From positions 62,806,001 to 62,870,000 of the forward strand of contig OX597824.1 in NCBI GenBank assembly GCA_951406725.2: a stretch of DNA of 64,000 nt, in the 5' to 3' direction. How positions within the stretch are numbered: position 1 is the stretch's first letter; each line of letters starts with the position of its first letter. Shown one piece after another: positions 46,183 to 60,618 of the stretch. The notes beneath the pieces were generated by a model that saw only the letters and a list, made by a program, of their open reading frames with translations, ran no database searches and had not been told where the DNA came from. The translations under genes and the position numbers were made by a program. This DNA is from Octopus vulgaris (lineage: Eukaryota).

Positions 46183-47140
46183 GTCGACATCGGAGGAATT
46201 TGAACTCAGAACGTAAAGACAGATGAAATATCTATTTCTTTACTACCCACAAGGGGTTAAACACAGAGAGGACAAACAAGGACAAAAAACAAACGGATTA
46301 CGCCGTTTATATCAACCACAGTGCGTAACTGGTACTTATTTAATCGACCCCGAAAGGATGAAAGGCAAAGTCGACAACGTCTGCCGCTACGTTCTGAGTT
46401 CAAATTCCGCCGAGGTCGACTTTGCCTTTCATCCTTTCGGGGTCGATTAATTTGAAGTACCAGTTACTCACTAGGGTCGATATAATCAACTTAATCCGTT
46501 TTTCTGTCCTTGATTGTCCTGTCTGTGTTTAGCCCCTTGTGGGTAGTAGAGAAACAGGTATTTTGTCTGCCGCTACGTTCTGAGTTCAAATTCCGCCGAG
46601 GTCGACTTTGCCTTTCAACCTTTCGAGATCGATTAAATAAGTACCAGTTACACACTGGGGTCCATATAATCGACTTAATTCGTTTGTCTGTCCTTTTTTC
46701 TCCTCTCTGTGTTTAGCCCCTTCAGGGTAGTAAATAAATAGGTATTTCGTCGCTGTCGCTCTGCAAGTTCTGAGTTCAAATCCCACCGGGTATGATTTCG
46801 CCTCTCCTCCTTTTGGGTTCGATAAAACAAATACCAGCTGAGCACTGGGGTCGACGTACTCGTCTTACACCTCCCTCGAAATCGCTGGCCTAGTGCCAAG
46901 ATTTGAAAATGGTATTGTGAAAGGATAAGGTGGTGAGCTGACGGAATGGTTAGCACACCGGGCAAAATGATTAGCATTTCGTGTATCTTTACGTTCTGAT
47001 TTAAAATTCCACCAACGTCGACATTGCCTTATATCCCTTTGGAGGCGGTAAAATAAGTACCAGTTGAACACTGAGGTTCATGTGACCAACTTAACTCCAC
47101 CCACGAAATAATTGGCATTGACCCAAAAATTGAAACTGAT
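46183..47140. mobile_element. Cluster of about six SINE copies or part-copies: inverted pair plus tandem copies
   Basis: Repeated GTTCTGAGTTCAAATTCCGCCGAGGTCGACTTTGCCTTTCA units. 46183-46375 is on the minus strand and 46379-47140 on the plus strand. Confidence 0.88.
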
Positions 47141-50100
47141 ATTATGTGAAAGGATTCATTATTCTTAATTCACTCTGCTCCTCATATGATTTCGGTGTTG
47201 CATTCAGTATTATAAAACCTGCAAAACTCATGAACTCCAGTTTTCATTTGATTAAGTCCTAACGAAATTGTTAATCAATTTCGTTCCATATGAATATTAA
47301 GTTACCTTTTACACTTCTTTACCACAAGAAAACAAATTCTGCAAAATTCCTTAGATTTTATGTTTTTTTTAAATTTTTTGTTCAAGTGAATAGTGTGCAT
47401 TATATATCATAGATAATACGCTATAGAAATATTTTTAACTAAACACAACATCGGTTAAACACATGATATCATCTTTGCTGAAATGTGATTTAATACATGC
47501 TCGTTTTAATATCACAAAAATGTTCAGCAAAGGAGAACTAAAGCAAAACATTAACTTTGATAATGTACAATATGTGGAAAAGGAAGATAGGAAAAAATTT
47601 AATTTGATGAATGTAATTATTTTCTGGTAAAAATTGTTTTCTTAGTTTTCACTATTTGAATATATTTCCGGAGGTAATGAAATAGCTGTCTTCGAGAAAC
47701 TCTAACAGCTGAGGATACAAATAACTTGTAATTATCTCAAACGCCTTCAAGTGTGAGAAGAAAAATAAATGCTCCATTCTGAGAATGTTCTAATTACTTC
47801 AATGTTATTACTTTAGGATCCAGAATGGCAAGTTTACCAGTTTATTTATTTATGTATTAATGTTTCTAAAGATACCAAAGAAATTCTGATTCAAACAATT
47901 AGATAGGCGTTTTATTAAAGAAATAATTAAATGGATTTTACAGAAAAATACCTGAATTTAATGTAAATATATGAACAAATTAAAATAATTACTAATGATT
48001 ATATTATAGAAAAAAAAAAGGCTGGCCAAATTCTATAAAATTTTACTTTAAATTTTATCAACGTTTATTTGTTTATCATATCGAAATGTAATCAAATTTA
48101 AGTAGTCACATAGAAAATAAGCAATAATTCATTATGGGTTACCTTTCCATTTCTGTTGTGGATTAAATCCAGGTCGATTATTATCGGGCAGTAGTGAACA
48201 CCCATTCCCTTTATATATCTTAGATACATTGTTCACTAAAATTCTTTATCTAAATGTGTGCCATATCATTTGATGAACATGTCTCCTTTATTTCTTCGTG
48301 GCTGGATAACTAAGCAGATACAGTTTCATTTATTAGGCAATTAGTAGCCGTATTATTGGGAATAAACTATACTATTACTGGTTTATTTACTATTCTACAA
48401 TTGTAAACATAGTATTTACTGTTAACAATTAGCAATAAAATGCAAATAACAAATGAAGCAGTAACACTATATAGAAAGTAAATTAGCAGCAAGAACAATT
48501 CCAAGAGCTGCAACGTTGCACTACACATAACAACAACAAATGCAAACAACAAAACAGCCTATCCAAACTTCATCGCTGACCAAAGTACAGTATCAAATAC
48601 TTTGCAACTTCAACAACAAAATCATACAAACAAGATACGATAGTAGAACGCAAACTAATATCTAGTTAACAACTACGAAGTAAATTTGACTCTATCCTTG
48701 CAGAAAAATCAGCATAATACAGGCCCATCACTAGTCTCAAACAACGCACTACTTACATATTTTACTCAAAAATACACATTCAATGTTAGTAATCGACTAG
48801 AAAGTACCATTCTAATTAATATCAACATATACAAAACTTTTGAATACATCACCCACACTCCACTTATAAACTAACTACTGTCCAGTTTCTATTGTGTCTC
48901 TCATCTAGGTTGAAAGATTGCAAATCTGGATCCATAAAGCTGTCGATCATAGCTGTTTGGGCACTAGACGATCTGTAAATGAGATTCATAGGAATGAACA
49001 TACCAATGAACTTTATGTTAATGAAAAATAAAGACAGGGCAGAACACGAAAAATATCCAGTTACTAATGGAGATATTTGCGTTTTATTGTTACGCAAGTT
49101 AAAACAAACCAGCGAGAAACATTTACCCACTCATTCGTGATACAAAATATAAAAGTCAAATATCCTCCAAATCATTTGAACCCGTGTAATTATATCGAGC
49201 ATTTATGTCAGATTATGTAGTCTAGGTCAGACTAACAGCGCATGGGGGACGTGATTGATTGCATATTATCGTTTGTATAATAAGGTGTGACTTCTCGCTA
49301 AACAACAGTAACAAAAACACTCAGGTCAAGAAAAAATATTGTTTGCCTCGATTTATTCTCCGTAGATGCAACTAGAAAAGGTACAATTTGCCCTAATTCG
49401 AATTACCTTTGTCGCTATCAATATAAAAATATAAAAATACATGACATCGTTCCACTCTTCTGTTTGTAACCTTTTAAATTCTGGGATATTTATATGAAAC
49501 ATACTTTATCGTCTGCACATGATAATAAAAGTATTCAATTTAGATTACATATTTCAAATATAGTTTGAAATTTCTGAAATAACCTGGATAGATAGCAATT
49601 TGGAATTTAAATATATGCGATTTGTCCATATAACCGCACAGAAAAATATTAATAGTTTTCGTTTCATATTACAAGACATTGAGGAAGCAAGGTTAAGTGC
49701 AAAACTATGTATTATGTAATGTTTTCTATAGGAACGATTGATTTCGGCGTATAATAAGTAAAGACAAGTTTTTTAAGGATTCATTTTACGTAAACATTTA
49801 TTCGCATTGGAAATAACGTTTATATTTTATTACAACAGTCGCCACTAACCGTCTGCAAATGTTATCTAAATATGAAGCAAAAGAGAATAGCTATTTTTAT
49901 GTCAATGACTAATATATTTTATACACATTTCTTGCTTAAAGTATATCAGCGGTTATTAAGGTTGAGAGGAGTTGCTACTTGTCACAGAGACAAGTCTTTT
50001 CCGTAACTATGTATGACACCATCAAAACCATCTAACATGAAAATTACTTCTGTTAATAATATTGAATTGTAGATTTATCACACAGGAAATCCTAACTTAA

Positions 50101-51506
50101 CAGTTAGAGTATTATATGTGTGTCGCACAGATAAGTTCATCAAGCAGATCTGTGTATCACTCGTAATTTCATGAGCAATTTTTATAATTACATGTCATGC
50201 ATGTAACTCCATGTAGTATGAATGTCGATCATTGGTTACTAATTGCGAATGTTGTATCATTATGTTCTATATGACAGATATATATTCCGCAAATGTATAG
50301 TATGGAATCGAAACTCTACAACGGATTTCCCAGAAAGCTATAAGATGCAAAGGCACTCCACTATCAGCTACACAAGCATAAATGCATATCTCTTATATAT
50401 ATATATATATATATATACAGTCATAAACACATTGGTACCTCTTTTTTATAATCTGTGCCATTGTACAAACAATGTACAATATAGGCTGCCTGCGTGGTAA
50501 GAAATCTGCATCTCAGCCACAATGTTCCTTATTCACTACTACTGCACGACGCCTTGCACAAGAGTCGAGCAAAGCATTGTGAGCTCACGTTACTTTTGAT
50601 CCTTTCGGAGATGATAGAATACGCACCGATTGATCACTGGGTGTATGTAGTCAACGGACGCCACTTATCCCAAAATTAGCGGCCCTGTGCCAAACTTTGA
50701 AGCCAATGTTTGTTAATTGGGGAGTATATTTAAGGATTGTTAGAAACCTAGATTTCTTTTGGATTTGATTTAAAACTGGTTTCACGACTTTCAGATATTT
50801 TTACTCCTATGAATTAATTAGCATCAATATTATAAAAAAATATATAATGTTCCCTTTAAACTCCAAAAAATGTTTACTACAGTTGAATATGTTAAGGCTT
50901 AATTAATTAGTAAACATAGCATTGATCTACACTATATGGATGATGTGCTGTTCTTCATTCATTGTTCAAATTTTAACAGAATCAACAATGCCATAGCCTC
51001 CGTCTTTTAAAACATTTATGAATATATATCTGTGGGTAAAATCACTAAGTTCATTGTTATCAACTAGGCCATGTTCTGAGATCCGTTAACAAGATGAGTT
51101 TATAGTATTATATTTTTCATAGCTGCTATCACAATATTTTGGTTGCGTAACATTTCTGAACCATTCTGGATGCAGCATTTACCAATTTTCATTAAACAAA
51201 AATTAAAACATTTCATGGTGTGGTCACAATTTGCTCGTTACAATTGCCCATCCACAGTCTACATATCACTATCACGCAGCATGTACACTAACAATTAATA
51301 ATAATGGTTTCAAATGTTGGCACATGACTAGCAATTTCGCTGGAGAAGCTAAACCAATTGCATTGATCCCAGTACTCAGTTGGTACTCATTTTGTATCGA
51401 TGTTGGTGGAATTTGAACTCAGAACGTAAAGATAGACGTAATATCGCAAAGCATTTTGCCTAGCTTGCTAATGATCCTGCCAGCTAGTCGCTATGATGAT
51501 GATGAG

Positions 51507-51711
51507 GATCCGTCGCAGGTGAGCTGCAGGAGGAAAGAGTGATAGAAAGTTGTGGCGAAAGAGTCAGCAGAAGTTCGCCATTACTTTCTGCCGGAGCCGC
51601 GTGGAGCTTAGGCGTTTCGCTCATAAACACACATCACCAGGTCTGAGATTCAATCCCGCGATCCCTCGACTGCGAATCTGCTGCTCTAACCACTAGGCCA
51701 TGCATCTCTAC
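51507..51711 (-). mobile_element. tRNA(Arg)-like SINE
   Basis: Minus strand TGGCCTAGTGGTTAGAGCAGCAGATTCGCAGTC...CTAAGCTCCACG..CTCTTTCGCCACA, related to 28973-29205. Confidence 0.75.
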
Positions 51712-52623
<912 letters not shown>

Positions 52624-52749
52624 AAACCACATAAAATCGCTAAACTGAGCAATAAGAAATACGCATAATGGAATAAACGTGTATGGAAAACACTAAAATT
52701 TTCTATGTCCTTATTCATTCCCCGCATGTGTGGGATTTACACGTCAATC

Positions 52750-53330
52750 TCCAACCCTTCTCTTAGCCTGGTCAACATTTCAGTCAATATCGTTAGACCT
52801 CAAAGTTTGACCCATTTCCTACCCATTAGAAACTCGGTGAGTCACACTTGTATATCAATATTCTCATTCTTACTCTACTCACACGAGAACTACCAGCCCA
52901 TTCTTGCATATTCTCAAACTTCATTCACTAAAGCATTGAATATAACGGTTTTCTTATCTAAATCTCATGAAATACAAATATTTTATCTCACTATTTAGCC
53001 ATATAATCCACTACAAATGCCGTTGGCAAAGTATCTTTTCACTTCCTTCCCTTGCACTCTTTTACCTCTGGCCGTCATAATTATTTAAGGGATTATCCTA
53101 CGCAACATTCACTTCCATTCTTCTAATCCATTAAGTGCACATCTCATCGATTCTTTCAAATCTATCATGTACTTGCTTTCTGTCCTCGCAAACGTCCATT
53201 CTGATAAAATTAGATGGCACAGCTCTCTATCATACACCTGACATTTCCCCTCTAATCTTTAATATATATATAACTACGTTCAAACTCAATTCCATATCAC
53301 CAATCAGTCTGATTGTTCCTGGTTCAACTT
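52750..53330 (-). mobile_element. Possible decayed RTE-clade LINE fragment
   Basis: Remnants such as MEV.MLRRI and SRVSRVRNENI resemble the RTE post-RT region. Confidence 0.35.
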
Positions 53331-54139
53331 GATCACTTGTATTATTTATATATTCTGGTAAACCCTAAATGGTGTGATCCAGACATCGTCGGGCTGAAGA
53401 CTCCTGTGAGCAAATACATACAGAAAAAAACTAAAACTTTTTATCACAACAAACTCATAATTAAATATTTCAACGTGTAATATCACTTACAGTCATCTGT
53501 GAAATTTTGCGATACATCTAATTTCGGCGCTCACACGTAATTAGACAGAAATTGCTCAAAGAATTCTTTCAATTAGAGTTTATTACAACGACTGCTCCCA
53601 AATTATCTCCTCTAATAGCTGTCTATAGCAAACACTAACACTCTTCACCTCTCCATTTCATTATTCCCATGAGTATATGCGTAATGTCTTGTGCGTGCGA
53701 CTTTTGACCTGTATCATTATGTGAATTATATGTTCCAATGATACAGGAATGTTTGACTAAGTGGGGTCGTCCTCTAGCATATGTACAATTCTACTGATTT
53801 TCCTCACATGTCGAAGCCCTTAAATGGCTACTGAATTGGAATACTCCTGTCAGCCGGATGAAGAGTATGACCAATGTAAATTCCATATCGGCCAACGACA
53901 GGTAGCCCGATATATAATAGAGAGTTGCAGCCTCCCGAGGTACTTCTTGGAACCTCGTGAGTTCACGGGGAAACTGCCCCATGGGAGAATCAACTGAAGT
54001 TATTCTTCTAAAATCCTGAACGTAGTCAGTAGTATAATGATTTATGAATAAATTAAGATAATGATTATGTGGAGCATCCACTCTCACGACCTCGTAGATT
54101 CTGTCAATTAGCATGATCATGGTAATGGTGATAACTTTT

Positions 54140-54369
54140 ATTTTATTGCCCACTAGGGGCTAAACGTAGAGAGTACAAACAAGGACAAACAAAGAGATGA
54201 AGTCGATTACATCCAACCCAGTGCGTAACAGGTACCTTACTTATCGACCTCGAAAGGATAAAAAGGCAAAGTCGACCTCGGCGGAATTTGAACTCAGAAC
54301 GTAACGGCAGACGAAATGTCGCTAAGCATTCCTCCTGGCGTGCTAACGTTTCTGCCAGCTCGCCGCCTT
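54140..54369 (-). mobile_element. Full-length SINE with perfect 17-bp TSD
   Basis: TAATGGTGATAACTTTT occurs at 54123-54139 and 54370-54386. Confidence 0.9.
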
Positions 54370-54619
54370 TAATGGTGATAACTTTTTCATTCTTCTCAAT
54401 CTTTATAAAGCGGTGTACATAAAAAAACCTTTTTTGCCAATAAAATTGTCTTAAAATCTCTACATCTAAAACATTTTTGGGTTGTAGCCGTTACCACCAA
54501 GACGTTATTGCTCATGACGATATTATTTTTACTAATAGGCGTTATTATTTTTACTAGAAATTCATAAAATTTCAAAAATATGTTATTTTATTGGAAACAA
54601 AATCAATATCTTATCAGTT

Positions 54620-54962
54620 TAAATTCCGCCGAGGTCGACTTTGTCTTTCATCTTTCGGGGTCGATAAATTAAGTACCAGTTGTGTACTGCGGTCGATCTA
54701 ATCGACTGGCCCTTGCCCAAAAATGTCGGTCCTTGTGCCTAGAATAGAAAATGATATTTAAAGGGACGAGCTGGCAGAAACGTTAGCATGACGGGCGAAA
54801 TGCTTAGCAGTATTTCGTCTCTCTTTACTTTCTGAGTTCGAATTCCGCCGAGTTCGACTTTGCCTTTCATCCTTTCGAATTCGATAAATTAAGTATCATT
54901 TACGTACTGGGGTCGATTGGACCCCCTCCCCCAAACTTTTGGGTCTTATGCCTAGAGTAGAA
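54620..54962 (+). mobile_element. Two tandem SINE copies bounded by one ~19-bp direct repeat
   Basis: CAATATCTTATCAGTTTAA (~54604-54622) and CAATGTCTTATCAGTTTAA (~54965-54983) flank a truncated copy and a full copy. Confidence 0.75.
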
Positions 54963-57204
54963 AACAATGTCTTATCAGTTTAAGGCAGGAAAATATAAAC
55001 AAAACTTTTACTTTTCCTAAAATTATGAATATCGATAAATTGTAAATATATTGCCATGAATTATCAGGGACTTAGTATTTACATATATAAGGGGAGTATG
55101 TGTTTCTCTGTCTGCCTGTGTGGGTGTGTATGTATTTATATATGCATATATTTGATCGCCAAAATGCTTGGGTATAATCATTGCTAGCCTCCGATGAAAA
55201 ATGTGCTGAAAAATGGATCGTTAATTATATCCTGACATGATATGAATTCATAGTGTAGAGAAATATAACTTTATTCATCATGTCAGTTTTCTGTTCTTTC
55301 CGTAAATCCTCTCCGATGTCTATTTGTTTATGTGTAATTAATTTACAGGAATCAGAAAAGAATGCACACAGAGACTGAATAGAAAGTTAATTAGCATTGT
55401 ATATATTTTACTGATTATATTTTAAAATGCCATTAAGTTATTCAATCAATTGTACATTTATAATTGTCATCTGTTTGAAAACATACCTGTCTCTTTTTTT
55501 TTTTTTTTGGAAAACTGAGTAACATTTCAAATAATCCATATTTATAAATCAACTCATATAACTTCACGGACTTGCAGAAGAGCACATTGGTGGCACGTTT
55601 CGTCTGCTAAAGTTTACAAAGCTTGGACTTGCACTGACAGCATTGCGCTACTTCCAGTTACAGTTACAACCTCCCTAAATATGAAATATATATATTTTTT
55701 TTTTGCAGGGGGGGGGATTGCTTGAAGAAAATTAAGGCAAATTAAAATAATAAAATAACAGTTTGAAGAAAATTATGGTACATTACGTTTTTGTTCCGTG
55801 TTTTTTTTTTTTTTAAAGCTTCTTTGCCAACTACCTCGATCACCTCCGAAGACACATCATTAACTGAATATGTTTAGTAATTTCGCATTTGAAACGTACA
55901 GCAAAACCTGATGGATAATTTTTTATTCATCCTCGCGTAGACACTGTAATTGTTATTTTTCAATCACGAAGCAAGCGTTTATTGTTAGCACATATAAATT
56001 TGTTAATATATAACTTAGATATCATTTACAAGACGTCCACTTCCTTATATACGATTAAATATTTACTTTTGTAACGATCAACACTTGTTCTCTTTTTCCC
56101 AAATATCGCTGTTACATTAATAGATCATTCACTTACGTTTCAAAATGTGGCCACTTTCTAAATATATTGATAATCCCATCGCTAGTCCTCGAAAACTAAT
56201 ATGAAGTATTTTCTGCTGCTATCGAAATAATCGAGATTTGTATACGAATTGAAATTGAAGTAAATGTTTATAGCTAGAATAATTACATTCTAATTTTAGG
56301 AACGTTCATGTGATTCAATAGACATGAGAATACCCACAACAGTTAAGAGTGTAATGGAATTCAAAAACAAAATAGAAAAATTAATTTCTGTGTTATTAAT
56401 TTCCACTTCTTGTATTTTAACAAGTAAATAAATAGTAACTAATGTATACAATACGCTAAATACTTACTGAAATATATGTTTAGCGAGAGGGTTCTGGATT
56501 ACAATATATTTGAAAATATATGAGGAATGGGGAAAATGTTTACAATCCAATATTTGTTATTTTTAAATAATTTCTATCTTTTGTCACAGCTCCGAAATAT
56601 TTTTACAATAAAGAGAAAAATACGTGAAGTAGAATAATACAAACATAAAAACACGTTTTACAATTATTTTACAGTTTATAACGATATTTTAGAAAATATA
56701 TTTTTCACATTCATTATATCTTACCATATTTTACCTTTCACTTACGGCAAGGCATAAACAGACACTTACAACACATGCGCAGATACACTAACGTATAATA
56801 TCTGCAGACATATGTGTATACGAATGTGTGAATGTACATGGTGCGAAAGGTATTTGAGAACAGATCTAACTTAGCAACAATCAAATGTATTTTAATAAAA
56901 CTGTTAGCACATAATCTCGATAAGAATTTTTTATAACGTTATTCTATGAATCCACCTTCACTTGAAATTGCTCCTTCAATTCCGGTCGGAAACCGTTGAT
57001 ATGTCTGGACATCTGAACTGGATGATCCTTATTAATTTCAGACAGTACCTGGGCAATGTAGGCCTTCAGTAGAGCTGAGATATTGTGAGTATATTGGTTA
57101 GTATTCTTTTAACAACGCATCAAAATTAACTGCCTATGAGATTTAAATTCGCCGAGTTTGGCGATCACAATTATAGTGTTGCATTATTGTAAAGATTTTC
57201 TTAT

Positions 57205-57815
57205 ATCTACCTTCCCCATTCATTTTGAAACAGGGACCGAAGACACCCAGTCGACTGCGTATCTTTGGAGCCTTTCACTCCGTCAACTGCGACGACACAG
57301 CGAAAGCGAGAGCATGACACGTCCTCTCTCCAGGAACAGCATGATACACGGCGCTACGAAGTATCGTTACTGGCTTGGGCAGGCTCGTTCGCATCCATCC
57401 GCAAGAGTCGATTGTTCCCGTTCCGACTCAGGTGTTTGCAGGCTTCAAGGGACACGAAAGATCGGGATTCATGCTCGGTGGGGACGAAGCCAGAGGAAAC
57501 TCTGGGGAAGTCCGAAGCGCATCTGACATACAAATAGATTGTACGAACCGGGTGGGGTCGAAACCTGATTTCCTCCGAAGCTTCTTTTAGGATAACGCAA
57601 GTTAGCCGAGAACGACATGGAATTTTGTCTAATAAAGCGAACGACTGTAGCCCGGATGATGATGCTGGCTGCAAATTACTCTCGAACTCGGAGCAAGCGA
57701 AACGGGCCGCTGCTCTCCCGATCGGAGGCAACCGTGCATCGCATCAATTGGGACGCGTCGTATTCCCCCGGTGCGAAATGACTAATAGAACTGGTGATGT
57801 CGTATGAAACGAAGG
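57205..57815 (+). pseudogene. Decayed 28S (LSU) rRNA fragment, dispersed pseudogene
   Basis: GC-rich island with conserved LSU blocks in the correct order: TTGAAACAGGGACCGAAG (cf. TTGAAACACGGACCAAGG), CGAAGCCAGAGGAAACTCTGG, CTGACATACAAATAGAT (cf. CTGACGTGCAAATCGAT), TTCCTCCGAAGCTTCTTTTAGGATA, TAAAGCGAACGA and AGAACTGGTGATGT..ATGAAAC. Confidence 0.8.
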
Positions 57816-57852
57816 TATGGCTACTGAACCCTGTTTCGTTCTGCTAACATTC

Positions 57853-57900
57853 GTCAAGGGCCCAGCATGGCCGCAGACTAATGACTGAAATAATTGAAAT
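57853..57900 (+). mobile_element. Isolated SINE/CR1-type 3' tail
   Basis: CCCAGCATGGCCGCAGACTAATGACTGAAA matches the tails at 8238-8290 and 27396-27450. Confidence 0.75.
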
Positions 57901-59773
57901 ATGGAAGGTACATACATACAAGTATAAATAAATATAAACAAATATTTGTTGTTTATATTAGAAGCGTCAACAGGTGTATTGTACGATAAAAATAAGAAGA
58001 TTATATTTTATTCGAAGGCAGAGGTGACAGCGAGCAATTTAGCTTAACGGCAAAACACTCGGTAGGTGTTTTTAGGGATTTGGGTTCGAGTCTCGTGACC
58101 TCATGTTGAAACTTTTTTCCTCTTTGTGAGGGTAATTTAACTCAGTTTTTCTGATGTTCTAAAGGCAACATTCGAAACAATAATGTATATAAATATGTGT
58201 GTGTATCTGTTTGTGTATGCACATGCATAGAAATTCGTACATTACTGCATGTATGTATGTATCCACAGACATACATACACAGATATGCATACATTACTGT
58301 ATAATAATATATTTGTAGGGTGATAATGTCGACCGTAATATTAGAAACATGGTAACAAAGGAATTAATAACTTAAGTAGAGAAGAAATATATGCTCATAA
58401 CTGCAGCGTACCATTATCTAAGTTTTGTTTTCCTATAAGCGGACGTTATTCATAAATGGTTTGTTTCTGGATCAACATTTCCCAAACAATATTGCGATAT
58501 TAATGTTGCGAGCAAAAGGCCAACCTTCTCAATATAAAAGATTTGCAGAATGTAACCACTAATGTCCGACTGTATGTGTCTTCAATACGTAATTACTGAG
58601 ATTTAGGCAAATGTCTTTTATGTCAATTTGAACTTATATCTTCACAACATTACGAACTTCCTAAGACTTATGGATTATTTCTTTATTTAGAGTAAGAATG
58701 TTTTGTTCGGAATTCTCTGTATGTAAGAGAATCAATTTAGTGATAAGAGTTCTTGTAAAACAACCAGTCGAAGTTCACACTATGTTTCATTGAAGCATAT
58801 ACTTACCTTTGTTTTCATCTTTTGCATATGTTTATGTTGTTTGTATATCTGGAGACTGTAAGTATTTGTATAATTTTTTACTGCTTGTGTATCAACATTA
58901 TGAAGAACAAAAGTGCTCTATTTAATGTCAGAAATTTAGATACTCTAATTCATTATCCCATTGTAAAACTTAATGATTTAGCTGGTGATTTAAGATCACT
59001 CTAGTAGATCTTATCAGATTCTTTCGCGAAAACAGTCGCAGAGAAGCTGATAACAGATATTTTAGAATATGGCACTAATGCTGATTTTTTTTTTCTGCAA
59101 TATCTCTCCTATTGTGTAGAAATATGTTCCAGGAATAAGCAAAACTTATTTTATAGCATCTTACGAAAAATATTCGGCCATTCTCACATCAGGCTTGGAA
59201 AACATCGGTGGCATTTATGAATTTACATTTAAATGTTCAATTAAGTTTGTATGTGTTTTGTTGAAATGAGTATTGACTACTTGGTAAAGAAAATCTGTAC
59301 GTTCAAAATGTTATTTATCCTATTTTCGGACATATTGACTCTATCACTTATATCCCTTATATCCCTACCACTCTGAAAATTAGTACTGGAATAGTAAAAG
59401 AATATATATATAAACACACAAACATATCTTCATACACAACCGCGTGCGAACACACAAGAAATCACACTAGTGTAACACATACAAATACTCACACACACTC
59501 ACTCTCTCTTTCTCTCTTTCTCTTTCTCTCTCTCTCTTTCTCACTTCACTGTCTCTCTTTCTCTCTTTCTCTCTCTCACACACACACACACATACACACG
59601 CATATACCAGATAATAGTAAATGCCAGGTGCTTGTACTAACCATCGACAGTTATTGAATTTTTATAACTACAACTGTTCGTGCTCTTAAAAATACTACGA
59701 AAGCTTATACCCATCTACCGATCTATCTATCTATTGATTTATATATCTTTGTATGTGTGTGTGCATACATATT

Positions 59774-59807
<34 letters not shown>

Positions 59808-59817
59808 TATCAGTCTA

Positions 59818-59863
<46 letters not shown>

Positions 59864-60187
59864 CGACTAAAAGTTCTGCATGGTAGTGCCGCAATATGGA
59901 CGCACTCAAATTGCTAAAATGAATAAACGATAATACATAACAGATATGTTAGTGTGTTCGTTTTATCTTTCTTTTCCTGAGCAGTTAAAGTGACATTTTT
60001 GAAAATAATAAGCTCTGTTCGAGATAAAGCTATTACTGTTATTCTTTAAGTAATGAATCATATTTAATAAAGTAAACCTTGTTTCTGTCTGAAGATATGA
60101 ATTGATGGGAGACAGTTTTCCTTTCCAGCCGACTTCAAACTGAATATCATTCTATTATCATTTTCTAATATTTCCATGTCTTCTTAA

Positions 60188-60618
60188 CCCTTTGAACACC
60201 AGATACCCATTGTCCTCGGAACCGTCACCCCAGTTTCCCTGGGTAAAAGAGCCAAAATTATGATTTCCCACCTAATATTGTTTCAGTGTCACTAAAATAT
60301 GTTTTCTGTTTTTCGTATTGAAATAAAATGTCAAGTAGAGAGCAACAGTGTCCTAACAGTTGTATTCCTTCCTTACTTTTGTTATCGCCAATACTGGCTC
60401 TTGCGGTGCCAGTCGAACCAGCAGTTACTGTCTGATTTTCCAACACAGAAAATACTGGCATATAAAGCAGCCGCTGGGGTATTTGTATCAGTGGCGGGCG
60501 ACCGGAATAGTGACCGCTTGGGTAAACAATACAAATCGGCAGCCGGTAAAGCGACCGCTGGAGTATTTGTAAACAGTACAACGTGGCAGCAATAAGGCGG
60601 CTGATGTGGTTCTGAGAG
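60188..60618. mobile_element. Probable piggyBac-derived non-autonomous element (MITE)
   Basis: GC-richer island bounded by TTAA at 60184-60187 and 60619-60622. Decayed TIRs are CCCTTTGAACAC and the reverse complement CTCTCAGAACCAC. CCGCTGG(G/A)GTATTTGTA occurs twice internally. Confidence 0.55.

Noticed and set aside
46379-47140. Regularly repeated units resembling a CRISPR array
   Set aside because: The units are diverged SINE copies with homologous intervening sequence, the context is eukaryotic and there are no cas genes.
53370-54110. Possible solo LTR
   Set aside because: No convincing TG...CA ends, TSD, PBS or PPT could be established.
54608-54622. TCTTATCAGTTTAA resembling part of U2 snRNA
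   Set aside because: The match is only 14 nt and is better explained as part of a target-site duplication.
57158-57807. Overlapping GC-rich ORFs on both strands
   Set aside because: They are explained by the 28S rRNA-derived sequence and show no protein motifs.
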